Source: Flaccisagitta enflata (lineage: Eukaryota). Taken from it: a stretch of DNA of 64,000 nucleotides. Below, one piece after another: positions 52,345 through 64,000 of this stretch (positions are counted from its first letter, which is position 1; each line of letters begins with the position of its first letter). Location of the stretch: assembly GCA_965153355.1 (NCBI GenBank), contig OZ231126.1, forward strand, positions 744,001 to 808,000, given 5' to 3'. The translations under genes were made by a program, and so were the position numbers. The notes under the pieces are model-generated. The model was not told the origin of the DNA, made no database searches, and was given only the letters and a program-made list of their open reading frames with translations.

Positions 52345-52535
52345 AAAAATGGGCGTGTTGACACTTACAAAAATGGGCGTGTTGACACTCACAAAAATGG
52401 GCGTGTTGACACTTACAAAAATGGGTGTGTTGACACTTGCAAAAATGGGCGTGTTGACACTAATAAAATTGGGCGTGTTGACACTAACAAAAATGGGCGT
52501 GTTGACATTTACAAAAATGGGCATGTTGACACAAT
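52345..52535 (+). repeat. 24-bp minisatellite (AAAAATGGGCGTGTTGACACTTAC)n, about 8 copies
   Basis: Direct reading; degenerate copies continue to about 52630. Confidence 0.9.
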
Positions 52536-53052
52536 TCTCAAGAGAATTTAAGATGACCGCAGATAGGCGTGTTGAGACAACCAAAAGTAGAGGTGTTGAC
52601 ACAGCAAAAAAATGGTGTGTTGACACAGCTTAAATTGGCGTTTATGATATGATGGCGCGTTTCTATTGTCAATCAAATTATAAATCTAGCAATGGCTGCA
52701 TGTAAATGTAGCTTCCATCGAGGACCGTTTCATAAGGCCAATTAACAGACGTTATGTAACTGTTGGTATGCCTGCGTTTCGTAACGCCAGAAAACACACT
52801 TTATGAAACCTCCAGGTGTGTCACTAAGGCGTTTTTACGTCGTTACGTAACGCAGGCATACCAACAGTTACAACACACTGGATAACACATGTGTTGTAAC
52901 GCTACATTGGCACGCGGCGCATTACGTGCCCCCACGGTTCCCGCACTCCCTAATGTCTCTTCTTCCTCTTCCATCACAGGTCCTTGTCTTTCCCTCCTCC
53001 TCCTCCTCCTCCCCCTCCTTGTTCACACACGCGTGCTGGTTTCCAACTCACG

Positions 53053-53083
<31 letters not shown>

Positions 53084-55576
53084 TTCTTCCTAATTTGCAA
53101 CAGATTGTCTTCGCTTGGTTTCGTCGCAATTTTTTTGAGGCTTTCAGTTAGTCTAGCTGAGAATTCAGAGGCGGAAGGGGTTAACTGGCTTGACATGAGT
53201 AACCCCGCGCAATTACCCACATGATCTTCACCCACACAGCATCCATGCACAAATTGCACATCCCCACATACAACGACACGCAGGTCTGAGTAACTGCCAA
53301 TTTTCAAAATCATCCTACGGGACACAAAGGGTGATTGGTGTCATTCCAAAATTCCAACGCACCCTATAATCCCAATGTCAGCACTCAGCCAATATTCTTA
53401 GCCCCCCAGCCTCCTCCTCCTTTTCCCCCGCTCCTTATCCCCCTTTAAATCCATCGCTTCAGAGGAATAAAAAAAAACCTTCACTGATGATGTCCTTGAT
53501 CTCTTGAGTCCTTAGTCTCGAGTTAAAGAGTCTAGGAAAAAAATGTGTGAAACTCATAACTATTAAGTTACAAGTCACAGATTTTACAATTCCCTTAAGT
53601 TCGATTCTGGAACCAGACGGAACAATTGTCCACACTTTCTAACATGACTGTCCTACTGCCTTCCCCGGGCAAACCAAGTCAATCCTGATGAGCCTTAGCT
53701 CTGTCCTAAATTCCGACTCCTAATTGTCAATTCAGTTTTTAGTCACTCGCTAAGCGAGAGTGTGTCCGTAGGAAGGTCCAAAGGATAGCAACGCTATTTC
53801 AATTGCTTTCTTTTACGCTCTGCTTTCCATGTATGACTGGATTTAGAGAGAAAATTCAATATATTCAAGACAATTGTTTAAGACTAAGTTGGATTTAAAC
53901 TTGTTGTATAGCGAATACTAAATATCACAGAACAGTTGTGCACAGAATTAGTTGCTACTCAACCGCGTCCACCGCTGCTCCGGAAATTTCCACCTTTTTA
54001 TGTCTTCAACATGGTTCTTTAACAAGGTTTAGACTCATTCAACCGACGAAGCATCTCTGCTCGGTACGTTATTCCAAATATGATGAAATCATGAAAGGCA
54101 ACTCAATAAAATGATATCTAAATCTTTAAGTACTTTCTTCTGTTACTTGATTCTGCCCATACTGAAGATTTTACCGCTCATTTACTTGGCCAGTTGAGGT
54201 TGATTTCGCAAAAAGTGAACTCATCTGACTCACATGATGTGAAACATACGTAAAATGTTTAGACGGCTATTAAAAACTCAAAATGTTCACTTTTGCATCA
54301 GATATGCAATGTTTAAAAATTGTATTATGGTAATATTACATGGCATACATCATTACATGTAGCAAAATGAATTCTATGGGTTTGATGAGGCATGTCTACG
54401 CATTTTGAGATACTTTACTAAATTTCTTGAAATGCATAGACTCCTTTTTAAATGAGTTAACTTTATGCAAAAAACTCCTTGAGAGGTATTAACAATCTAC
54501 TCTCGCGCAAAGTTTAACCGGAGCCATCTTCCCCTTCCTCTTCTATTCCCCACTCCCCCTCCCACAATGTCCTACCAGCTATGACCTCGTCTCCGACGTC
54601 ATAGTGGAGTCCCATTATTTCGGGAATATTCATGCGAACCTATTTCTCCCGCTCTTCCATTTCTTCTTCTTCTCCTTCCTTCTCACCCTCTTCTTCATCT
54701 TCCTCTCTTCTTGCTCTTCTTCCTTCTTATCTCACTCATATCACTCTTCCAACTTTGTCATCGATAACGCTTGACCCAAATACGACTAATGACCCTCGTC
54801 TGTCCGTGAGCCGGTGGGCCGCGTTGAGGGAATGCGAGAGAGGGAGGGAGGTGCTTGAGAAGATGAATTGGATGAAATGGCAGGAGAGGATTGGAAAAGG
54901 AGGTGAGTAAAAGAGGGAGGGAGGTGCTAGAGAAGATGGAAAGGATGAAATGGCAGGAGAGGATGGAGGAAGGGGGGGGGTTTAGTGAAAAAGGGAGGGA
55001 GGTACTTGAGATGATGGATAGGATGAAATGGTAGTAGAGGATTTTAGGGAGGCTGGGGGAAGGGGGAGGTTGGTGTAGAAAAGGATTGTATCGATCATAG
55101 AGGAATGAGAGGATTCAAGCAGAGGTAGAGAATGGTGTAGAAAAATATGGTATCGATGGAGGCTCTTCACCATCAAGGGGGGGGGGGGGAATATCAGAGA
55201 AGCAAGAAACCTGGTCGGCAAAACCATAGGCTTGCTATGGGGAATTTTTCATTGCTATAGGAAGCCTACAGTTTTGCCGCCATGGTTTAATCTTCAAATT
55301 CAGACCTCTACTTATGGGGAAACCTTTTTTTTTTGTGCATTCATGCAAAAAACTAGAGTATATAAATTTTTGAAATTTGACCCTATTTCGTGACCACCCT
55401 ACTGGAGAAGGAGAAGGAGAAATTTCACCATATGTGAAAGCATAGGTCAACGGCCCCTTTGGAGCCGCTGCCCAAAAGGGGTCGGATGGACAAATAACGC
55501 TGGGTGTAAAGTAGCATAAAAATAGTAAAAGATAACACAAGCGATTGAGATAGCAACTGAAGCCAGTCCCAATTTA

Positions 55577-55865
55577 TCAAGGCTGGCATCGCGATAAACG
55601 CCGCCAAGGTAGCCACCAGGAGTCCTTCACCATGAACGTTTTCCAGTTTTTGTCCATACAATCTCGCTCATAAGTTGAATTATTCCTCCAATTTTCTTTC
55701 TCCATCTGATATATAAAACAGTTGAATAAAAAGAAGTGTTGTACATAATTACATAAATGATAACATTCATTCAGCACAGAAAATTTCACAAAACATGCAA
55801 TTTACTAGATGATTCTCTCTCTCTTAATTTCTCTCTGTTAATCTGTCTGTCTGTCTCTCTCTGTC

Positions 55866-55959
<94 letters not shown>

Positions 55960-57410
55960 GTCGTATATACCAGTTCGCAGAATGAGTGAGCGTATCGTCG
56001 TTGTCCTGATTGTTGGTGTCGCCGCAAGCCCAAAGAAAGGAACACATGTAGAGCTGCAAGCGCGGTGGTGTTGTTGAAGGGTCGGTCACTTGGATCAACT
56101 GCGATCCTCGATGTTGTTCTAAGGTTATTAAAAGAACATTTGTACTATGGTTAAATCCCGCTGTAACGATTATTGGCGAAATAAGGTTACATCTGATATA
56201 GTAAATCAAAACAAGTGACGTGGGGTCACAATATCGTTGGGTGGGCAGAGGCATCCAACCCCCATCCACACCCTAAACCTCACTCCCTTTGAAAAAAACT
56301 CGCCCCCTGAAGTGTTGACTGTTGTTACAGGCTCTATACGCCACCGATCTAGGCGTTCTTGGTCTTGTTCGACGGAGATTGGATTTCTCTCGCCGTCGGC
56401 TTTAATTAAACATTATTATTTTCTTCTTAGGCGCCCCTAAGGGCTCCAAAAAAAGCTCTTGATGAGTTTTTTTTCTGAAAAAAAAGTGGGGTGCAATCAA
56501 TAGGAAATTGTTTGATTTGCCTAGATCCAAAATCTTGTATTTTCACTTTTTTTTCAAAACTCTAAAAATTTTTAAGTGTCAGTACAACAGACTTAGAAAA
56601 AATTACAAAATATTTTAGCAAATGTTTTAAAGTGGGGTGCAATCAATAGGAAATTGTTTGATTTGCCTAGATCCAAAATCCCACATTTTCATTTTTTTTC
56701 AAAAAAATTAAAAAATTTTTATGTCGCACATCAGGGACTTAGAAAAAAAATCCAAAATATTTTATGAAAAAATGGTTTTCAAAAGTAAGTATAAATTACA
56801 GGAAATTGTTTGATTTGCCTAGACCCAAAATCTTATATTTTCATTTTTTTCAGAAAATCTTAGAAAAAATTTTTACAGCATCAGGATTTGAAAAAATCAC
56901 AAAATATTTTTTTGAAAAATGGTTTTCAAAAGTGGGGTGCAATTGATAGGAAATTGTTTTATTCGCCTAGATCCAAAACCTGTAAAATAACTTTTTCAAA
57001 AAATCAAAAAAAATTGATTGGGGGCGAGTTCAAAGAAAAAACAGAAAAAAAGAACATCGCTTTTCTCTTTTACTTTTTAAGTATGAAAAAGGCCGTAACT
57101 TCTAAACTATTGATGCGATTGTCCTGAAATTTGAAATACTAGTTGACATGCCATGTTTCTTGACGATTTGTGCCAAAAATCTGATTGTGAACTGTCGTTG
57201 TTGCGCACTTGCCTAACAACCTCATCCAAAGCACCCTAAACTCGAGTAATGCGTCCAAGGGAGGAGCTTCACGTCCTAGTAGAGGTCAGGGCAGATGCAT
57301 CATGATGTGGCTTAGGGTCGTGGTGACTGTTCAGAAATAAATCCCTCACATCATTTCCAAATAAGCATTGTGTTGTCTAGTTTGTCTGTCTATTCTCAAA
57401 CACTTCCACA

Positions 57411-57473
<63 letters not shown>

Positions 57474-58145
57474 AACAGTTCTTTACCATTGTGTACATTG
57501 CTGCAGTGCGTGCTTAATCCCGCTAACAATACTTAATTGAGTAGATCTTTACTTTGTCTTTTGTCAACGTAAGATACGCGCTGCCTACATAGAACGAAAC
57601 ATATTTTATCATTGTTTCTCCGTTTTTCAATTTGCATGTTTGTTATTTCCATCTGTGTGTGTCTGTCCCTGTGTCTCTCTCTCAGACTCGGGCCGGATAT
57701 CTTTGTCTCTGTATTTCTCATTCTTTTTTTTTTTTTTTTTTTTGCGCAACTCTGTTTACAGGCTTTGACCGTCTGTTGATCCATTGGTCCATCGGTCCAT
57801 AACGCAAGAGTCAAAAAATCGAAGAACAAGCGTTTTACATGATCATTGACAGGGGTTGGATGCTCCTGCCCACCTGTCATTATCATTATTATCAATATCA
57901 TCATCAACAACAAGATCATCGCTATTACCTTTGAAGCCCCGGCTGAAAAGGAAACAATCAACTATTTACCTCAATCATGAACGGGGCAAGCGGAGATCTG
58001 TCTCCTTACCGAATATACTATGCGTTGTCAGACGAACAGATTTGTTGCCGTCCATGCAATTGGCGTTCATCTGTTCCATTACCAAATCATGGGATTCACT
58101 GGTTGAGTTTCGTTGGTACCACTTTTCGGGACGAGGCATTAATAG
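55577..58145 (-). other. Exon-like islands of an unresolved gene or pseudogene
   Basis: Non-repetitive segments bounded by AG/GT: about 58140-58010 (donor GTAAGG), 57942-57929, about 56118-55971 and about 55705-55577. I could not build one consistent open frame. Confidence 0.22.
56480..57000 (+). repeat. About 148-bp tandem repeat, about 3.5 copies
   Basis: AAAGTGGGGTGCAATCAATAGGAAATTGTTTGATTTGCCTAGATCCAAAA recurs near 56483, 56630, 56782 and 56929. Confidence 0.85.
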
Positions 58146-60041
58146 AAAAGCTTTCATAAAAAAAAAGAAAAATAATTTCTTTGAAAAAGAAAAAACGCTT
58201 TTGCGTTTGCAGAGCAAAAGCTTCTATAAGCTTCTATAAGCGAAATCTATGAAAGCGTCAGTGATCGTCATGGAGACCTATTGTTTACAAACAAGGTGAC
58301 TCGGCTTGTGATTGAAGCAAAGAAATTCTTTACTATATGAGAATCATTACATAATCAGCCACAGTAGGAACCACGTAAACTTCAGATGTCATTTGTTCCT
58401 AGACGGCTCTTTCTAGTGGACTGAAACTTATGCTGTACACAGAGTGTATGTGAATCTTGCTTTTTACAGCCTCATTTTTATCTTGATGCTTCTACAGTGA
58501 AACTCGGTTATTCCGCACTTCTGAATGATTCTCCGCTGTATATGTATGGTAATAGACTCTAGCATAACACCTATCAAGAAAAAATGTTTTCAACTTAAAC
58601 CTAGGTCTATAAAACACATTTTTTCGTCTAAACAAAAAAAAACATATTTGACCCTGGATTGGTTTTTGACACAACTTAAACATGCCCTCACATCATTTTT
58701 AATATTTATTGGTAACGCTACATAATGACATTCACTCCTTAAAACAATATTCAAAGGTCAGGGTACCCCAATTTTTTTCCTCTTTTGCTAATCAGATATG
58801 TTTGGAGGTTCCAAAAAAAATTTCAGGCCATATTTGCAAATAATGGCGGAGATATGACCATTTGAAGCGACTTGGTAAAACTGAAAAATGCTGAAAATAG
58901 TCAGTTTTGGTATTTTTAGAAAAAATTTGGTACAAAAAAAAGAGCCCCAATGATTTTGATTCATAATTGGGGATGCTTGGAAAACAATAATCATGAGGAT
59001 GGGGCTATTGTAGGGTACCTAAAAAGGCTCAAAAAGGGCCCCCCAAAGCAAAAAACAAAGTTTTTTTTCCATTGTGGCTAAAGAAATGGTTGGAATACCT
59101 TTAAATTTGAAATGGAAGTTCCTAAATTATATAACTACCATCATGTAAAATTTCGTGGCCCTCCTTACACGACTTCCTGGAGAAATTTGGCCTTTAAACA
59201 CTAAAATCGCTTTAAAAAAATCACATTTTTGAGTTCTTTGACCAAAAAAAAAATATTCTAAGGTCAGGGACTTCCTTTTTTGGGCAGCGGCCCCAAAGGG
59301 CCGATATCCTGTAGGACACAGGGGTGAACCGTTACGTCCGTCTGACATTACGTACGTCCCCCCCCTCCGAAGCTTCTCAAGCCTCTCAGGCCTCAAATCC
59401 AGCCTCTCAGACCTCAAATCTGGCCTCTCAGGCCTCAAATCTGGCCTCTCAGGCCTCAAATCTGGCCTCTCAGGCCTCAAATCCAGCCTCTCAGTCCTCA
59501 AATCCAGCCTCTCATGCCTCAAATCCAGCCTCTCATGCCTCAAATCTAGCCTCTTGGTCCTCAAATCCAGCCTCTTGGGCCTTCAAATCCAGCCTCTTGG
59601 GCCCTAAATCCAGCCTCTCAGACCTCAAATTCTCATTGAATAACATGGAAAATTGATAGAAAATTGAAAAAAAAAAAAATTCCCAATGAATATCACAGAA
59701 AATTACCCCAAAATCAAAATATGCCATCTCAGGACGTATGGAACTTCACCCCTGTGTCCTACAGGTCATCGGCCCTTTGGGGCCGCTGCCCTGCTCTCAC
59801 TCCACTTTTTCAGCTAATCACTCCAAGGAGGGCATCGGGTACCGCTGACCATGTGCGATCCTTGGATGACTTGTTTTTCTTATCTAACATCTTCTGAGGT
59901 TCCTAAAAAAATATCATTTCATATCTCCAAAAAGTGATTTAGATGTGAATATCAGAAATAATTTGGTTAAACTGAAAAAAACAAACAGAAATAACCATTT
60001 TTAGTCACGGACACGCAAATCTACACCTTGCTGTGTCGGTT

Positions 60042-60131
<90 letters not shown>

Positions 60132-62283
60132 TTTGTTTGTAAAACGCAACTGTTTTTGGCCAGTTTTTGGAAATATAGCCTGAAATGAAAAAAAAACTAA
60201 GTTTTTTTTGCTTTAGGGGCCCTTTTTGAGACTTTTTAGATACCCCATAATAGCCCCACCATCATGATTCTTGTTTTCCTAGTCTCTTACATCATGAAGC
60301 ATCCCCAACTATGAATTCAAACACTTGGCCTCCATTTGCCAAATTTTGGCCAAAAATACCCAAAAATAGCCATTTTTGGGTGTCTTTTAGGGGCCGTTTC
60401 TAAATCCCCGCGTAGGGCTCTAAAAAGTTCACGGTTGGATTCCCCAGGTTTTTTTTTCACGAGACTGAGCTTTTTCCAGCCTCGTCATTTTTTGTAAACA
60501 GTGTCAACTCGTGCATGTGGAGTTCGACCGACGACCAAAAAAACAAGGCCGATATACAATTAATCATCGGATGGTACTTGCCAGTGCATTAAAGCATTTT
60601 TGCGAAGGACAAGGTTGTCTTCTCTGTTGGAAGCTTCGAAAATGTTCATAGCGAAATTTGCATAAAGCTGTTTTGATCATGATAATGGTAGGTTTACTAA
60701 ATAATATTTGAGCCTTTCTTAAAAATTCATTAGAATTTTTAAAATCATGACATCGCCAAACCACTAGAGTGAGGTAATGAAATTTTATGAGCTAAAAATA
60801 TGTATTTTGTACATAGTACTTAAATTTCAGCTCTCTAGCTTTATTGAAGAGCATATAGCTGATTCACTTTTGTATACAAAAATGCATTTTTGGAAAAATG
60901 GGTATTTTTTACACCCAAAAGTAAATCGGCTATATCTCCGCTTCTAATATAGCTAAAAAGCTGAAATTTGGTATGGACATATATAAAACACATATTTTTT
61001 TGCTCATACAATTTTATTACCCTGAGGCAGACGGTTTGGCGGTGGCATGGTTTTGAAAATTTTAGATGAATTTTTATAGTAGGTGCTCAAATTTTTTTGA
61101 CCTGCACCTATCATTATCATGATCTACATAACTTTAACTACTTGTATGCAATTTTTCAAGCTTTGTTCCGGAAAAGCCGAGTTTGCTTAATTTCATGCAT
61201 CAATAGACTGGACTATAGTGCGAAAACCGCTCGTAATTCAAAAATGTGACCGACGGACAGACCGATGGACCAAGGTGTAGAGTGGCGTGTCCGCGATAAA
61301 AAACAAAAAAACAAGAAAAATATCAAGATTTAGGTCCTCTTTGGACGTTTTGGGTCCTTTGAGCCCTCGAGGATCATAAACCTGCTCTTTAATTCCCATC
61401 CAGCTCCCCTGCCCAGGATGAGTGTCTAAACAGATAAATTGGCACTTCAATGCCATAAAAGTGAAAAAAACTACTGAGGATGTAAAGACTTTGGTCATTT
61501 TTGACTGTTTGATCCTTCAAGGGACCCTAGATGGGCCCCCGGGGGTCCCTAGCCTTAATTTGTGTACCCCACTACCAGATATCAGCATGTTCATATGAAA
61601 ATTACAGCTCCATCAACCTCTAAGGAGAAACTGCGACAGAAACTCATCATCAATCATCATTTTAGCTATTTTGGGGCACTATGAGGACCCCTGAAGGGAC
61701 CCCTAGGGGCTACAATTATCTATGTCTTAGAACTTTATGTTCTACTACTAAAGTGGGAACCCGGGTGAAATAGATCAAAATAAGTAAATGAATTGCCCCA
61801 CTCATCCTCTGATACATTAATTTTGATGACAAAATGGTAACCGAATGCAAATTCCAACCTAGGCAATCGGCCTTCTACCCAAGTACCTACTACCTAGGAA
61901 ATAAATATAGAACCAACTTCTACTCAAGATATCTCAGCTTTAAAAACGCCAGATAACTTTGTAAAAAGATCAAATTAATCTACATCGAAAAATCTACAAA
62001 ATGAGTGCAATCTGGTACCTGTAGCTTTTTTTGTTTAGAAATGACAAGCAAAATAGTGAAAACAGTTGTTTTGAAATTTGTGAAATAAGTTATGAGGTAG
62101 GATTGAAAGTGAATTAGAGACACCTTCAATCTAAATTATCACGGCCTCTGGATAGGCTAGAGAGTTAAAAAAAAAAAGCAAATTAATCTATGTCAAAAAA
62201 TCTATAAGATGAGCGCAATCTGGTTACCGTAGCTTTAGCCAATTTGAAATGACAAGCAAAAAAAGCATCGTCTTTGAAATAAT

Positions 62284-62579
62284 CAGGGGTGTATATTCTT
62301 GAGTCGCTTTTGATTTTTTTCCCCCCTCCTGTCTTTGATTTTTTCCCCGTTTTTATACACATGATTTTCTTCCCCATACAGCAATAAAACTAGGTAGATA
62401 AGGTTTAAATAGTGTTAAATTGTGTTTTATGATTTGGTACTGTAAAAAGTTATACTTTCCCCAAATTTCCTTTTTTTTCTTTTTTTTCCGCCTTTGATTT
62501 CCTTCCCCATCTCCAGACCCTTTGATTTCCCCCCCCCCCACCGGGAGGGGGGGGGGAAACTCAAGAATATACAGGCCTG
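62284..62579. mobile_element. hAT-type MITE (same family)
   Basis: CAGGGGTGTATA...TATACAGGCCTG with a perfect 8-bp TSD GAAATAAT. Confidence 0.88.
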
Positions 62580-64000
62580 GAAATAATAAGTCTATAAGAG
62601 TCTAACAAAAGCAGTAGAACAATAGTATGATTTTATGAAAAAAAAATGGTTTACAAATTGCCTCCCAAAGGTAAAACCGGATAAGTAAGTAAGTAGTCAA
62701 GTAGTCAAGTATGGTTTAGTAACATTTTTAACACCCCTCAAGATAACACATCACCAGTCAATACCCCTCCCAACTCCTTAATTCCCTCCTTTTCCCAACC
62801 ATTACCTGACATTATCCCTCAGAGATTCACCACTCTTAGCCAATAACTTTTTAGCTAGCTCAATATAATAAATTCAGATGTTATTATGTAGCCTGAATTT
62901 ATTATATTGCTTTCATCTAGATGCTATTATGTAGCCTAGCTCTGAAAGGTTAACACCATTCCCCTCCCTCCTTAGAGTTAGTAAAATAGATTAATTCAAA
63001 ATAGTTAACTAACTAGAAATTAGCTAAATATTTTGAATTTTGCACTTCTGTATGGGTGGGAATTCGGAGGTCTGAACATTCTCCTTTAGAGACTGACATG
63101 CATAATTTAAATCTAACCAAGTTTGATTTAGTCTGATTTAATTCTAATTTTGTTTCAAATTTGTCAGATTTGATTTGGTTCATCTTAATTCAATTTATTT
63201 TATTGATCTATGATAATTGTTTTTATAATTCTAAACATAAACTGATAGTCATTTTGACTATCTCTTCTATCTTATTTTTCCATTGCTCTCTCTCTTTTTT
63301 CTTGCCAGTATGATACTTGATGTACTCATGTGTCTGTTTGCCCTCTTATTGGTCAATTTTTCATCCCTTCCACTTAATCCTCTTACTTTCACCTTTCTTC
63401 TCTCTGTGGTCACCTGTTTTATGGTCACTGAGGGCTTCAGTTGATGTTTACTTTTCAGAGCCTTCTTTTGAGGGTTCATTCTTTCCTTTCCACCATTTCT
63501 CTTACTTTTCCAAGCTTTTTGCTCTCTAATTTTCACACTTAGTTTTCATTCTGTTATCCTCATGTACATTTTTGCTTTCACTGTAACTTTTCATTTCGTC
63601 TTTCATTTTCACTGTAACATTTCTTTTTCCTTTTTTCTTTGTTAATAATGGAAGGGATGCTTACCTTCATATTGGTTATTCATCAATTGGCATTTGTCAA
63701 TTGATGAATGATAGGTATGATATGTAGAGCTCTTTTCAAAAATTTTTACCAGAGATAAATTGGGGATGGAAGCTTTAACCCAGCCTTATTTTTTAAGACG
63801 GTCCACAGCCCGCTCTGGTTAGGCCTGTCTATTTTAATTTTTCCTCCTTTCAAACTAAACCTTTTACTTTCATCTTGTTATATTTCTTCTCTTTCACTTT
63901 CCTCTTGTTAAGTTTCTTCTCTATCTGAACTTTTATCTTTCCTACTTCTATTAACCACAGATAATATGTTATGTGAAATACTAGTACTATCAGTAGAATG

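Noticed and set aside
52268-52633. Repeat-protein-like ORF (MGVLTLTK)n, or a CRISPR-like array
   Set aside because: It is a 24-bp head-to-tail minisatellite open in several frames, with no unique spacers.
53023-53325. ORF with protein-like composition (GLLMSSQLTPSASEFSARLTESLKK)
   Set aside because: No recognisable family and no convincing splice partners.

Overview
AT-rich, repeat-dense eukaryotic (probably invertebrate animal) DNA. Most of the supplied ORFs are microsatellite or repeat artefacts. Spliced genes I could reconstruct by hand: (1) a 2-exon GPI-type three-finger/Ly6-like gene (- strand, 2022-2697); (2) three internal exons of an SLC5 sodium:solute symporter of the SLC5A5/6/8/12 group (- strand, 17249-21975); (3) the last two exons of an MTHFD2/FolD-like gene (+ strand, 22426-23742); (4) a proline-rich CD225/dispanin gene (- strand, 28205-29698). 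Most notable: orphan genes apparently built from micro-exons separated by tiny 25-47 nt introns, some with GC donors (best case 8133-8737); a probable GA-AG intron in the SLC5 gene; tandem duplications centred on splice donors in both conserved genes; and SLC5 and MTHFD2 pieces facing away from each other with no 5' exons found. The repeats are dominated by non-autonomous Helentron/DINE-1-like elements carrying internal satellite arrays, plus hAT, Tc1/mariner-type and nested Transib-like MITEs with RSS-like ends. All family calls come from recalled motifs; no database search or expression data was available.
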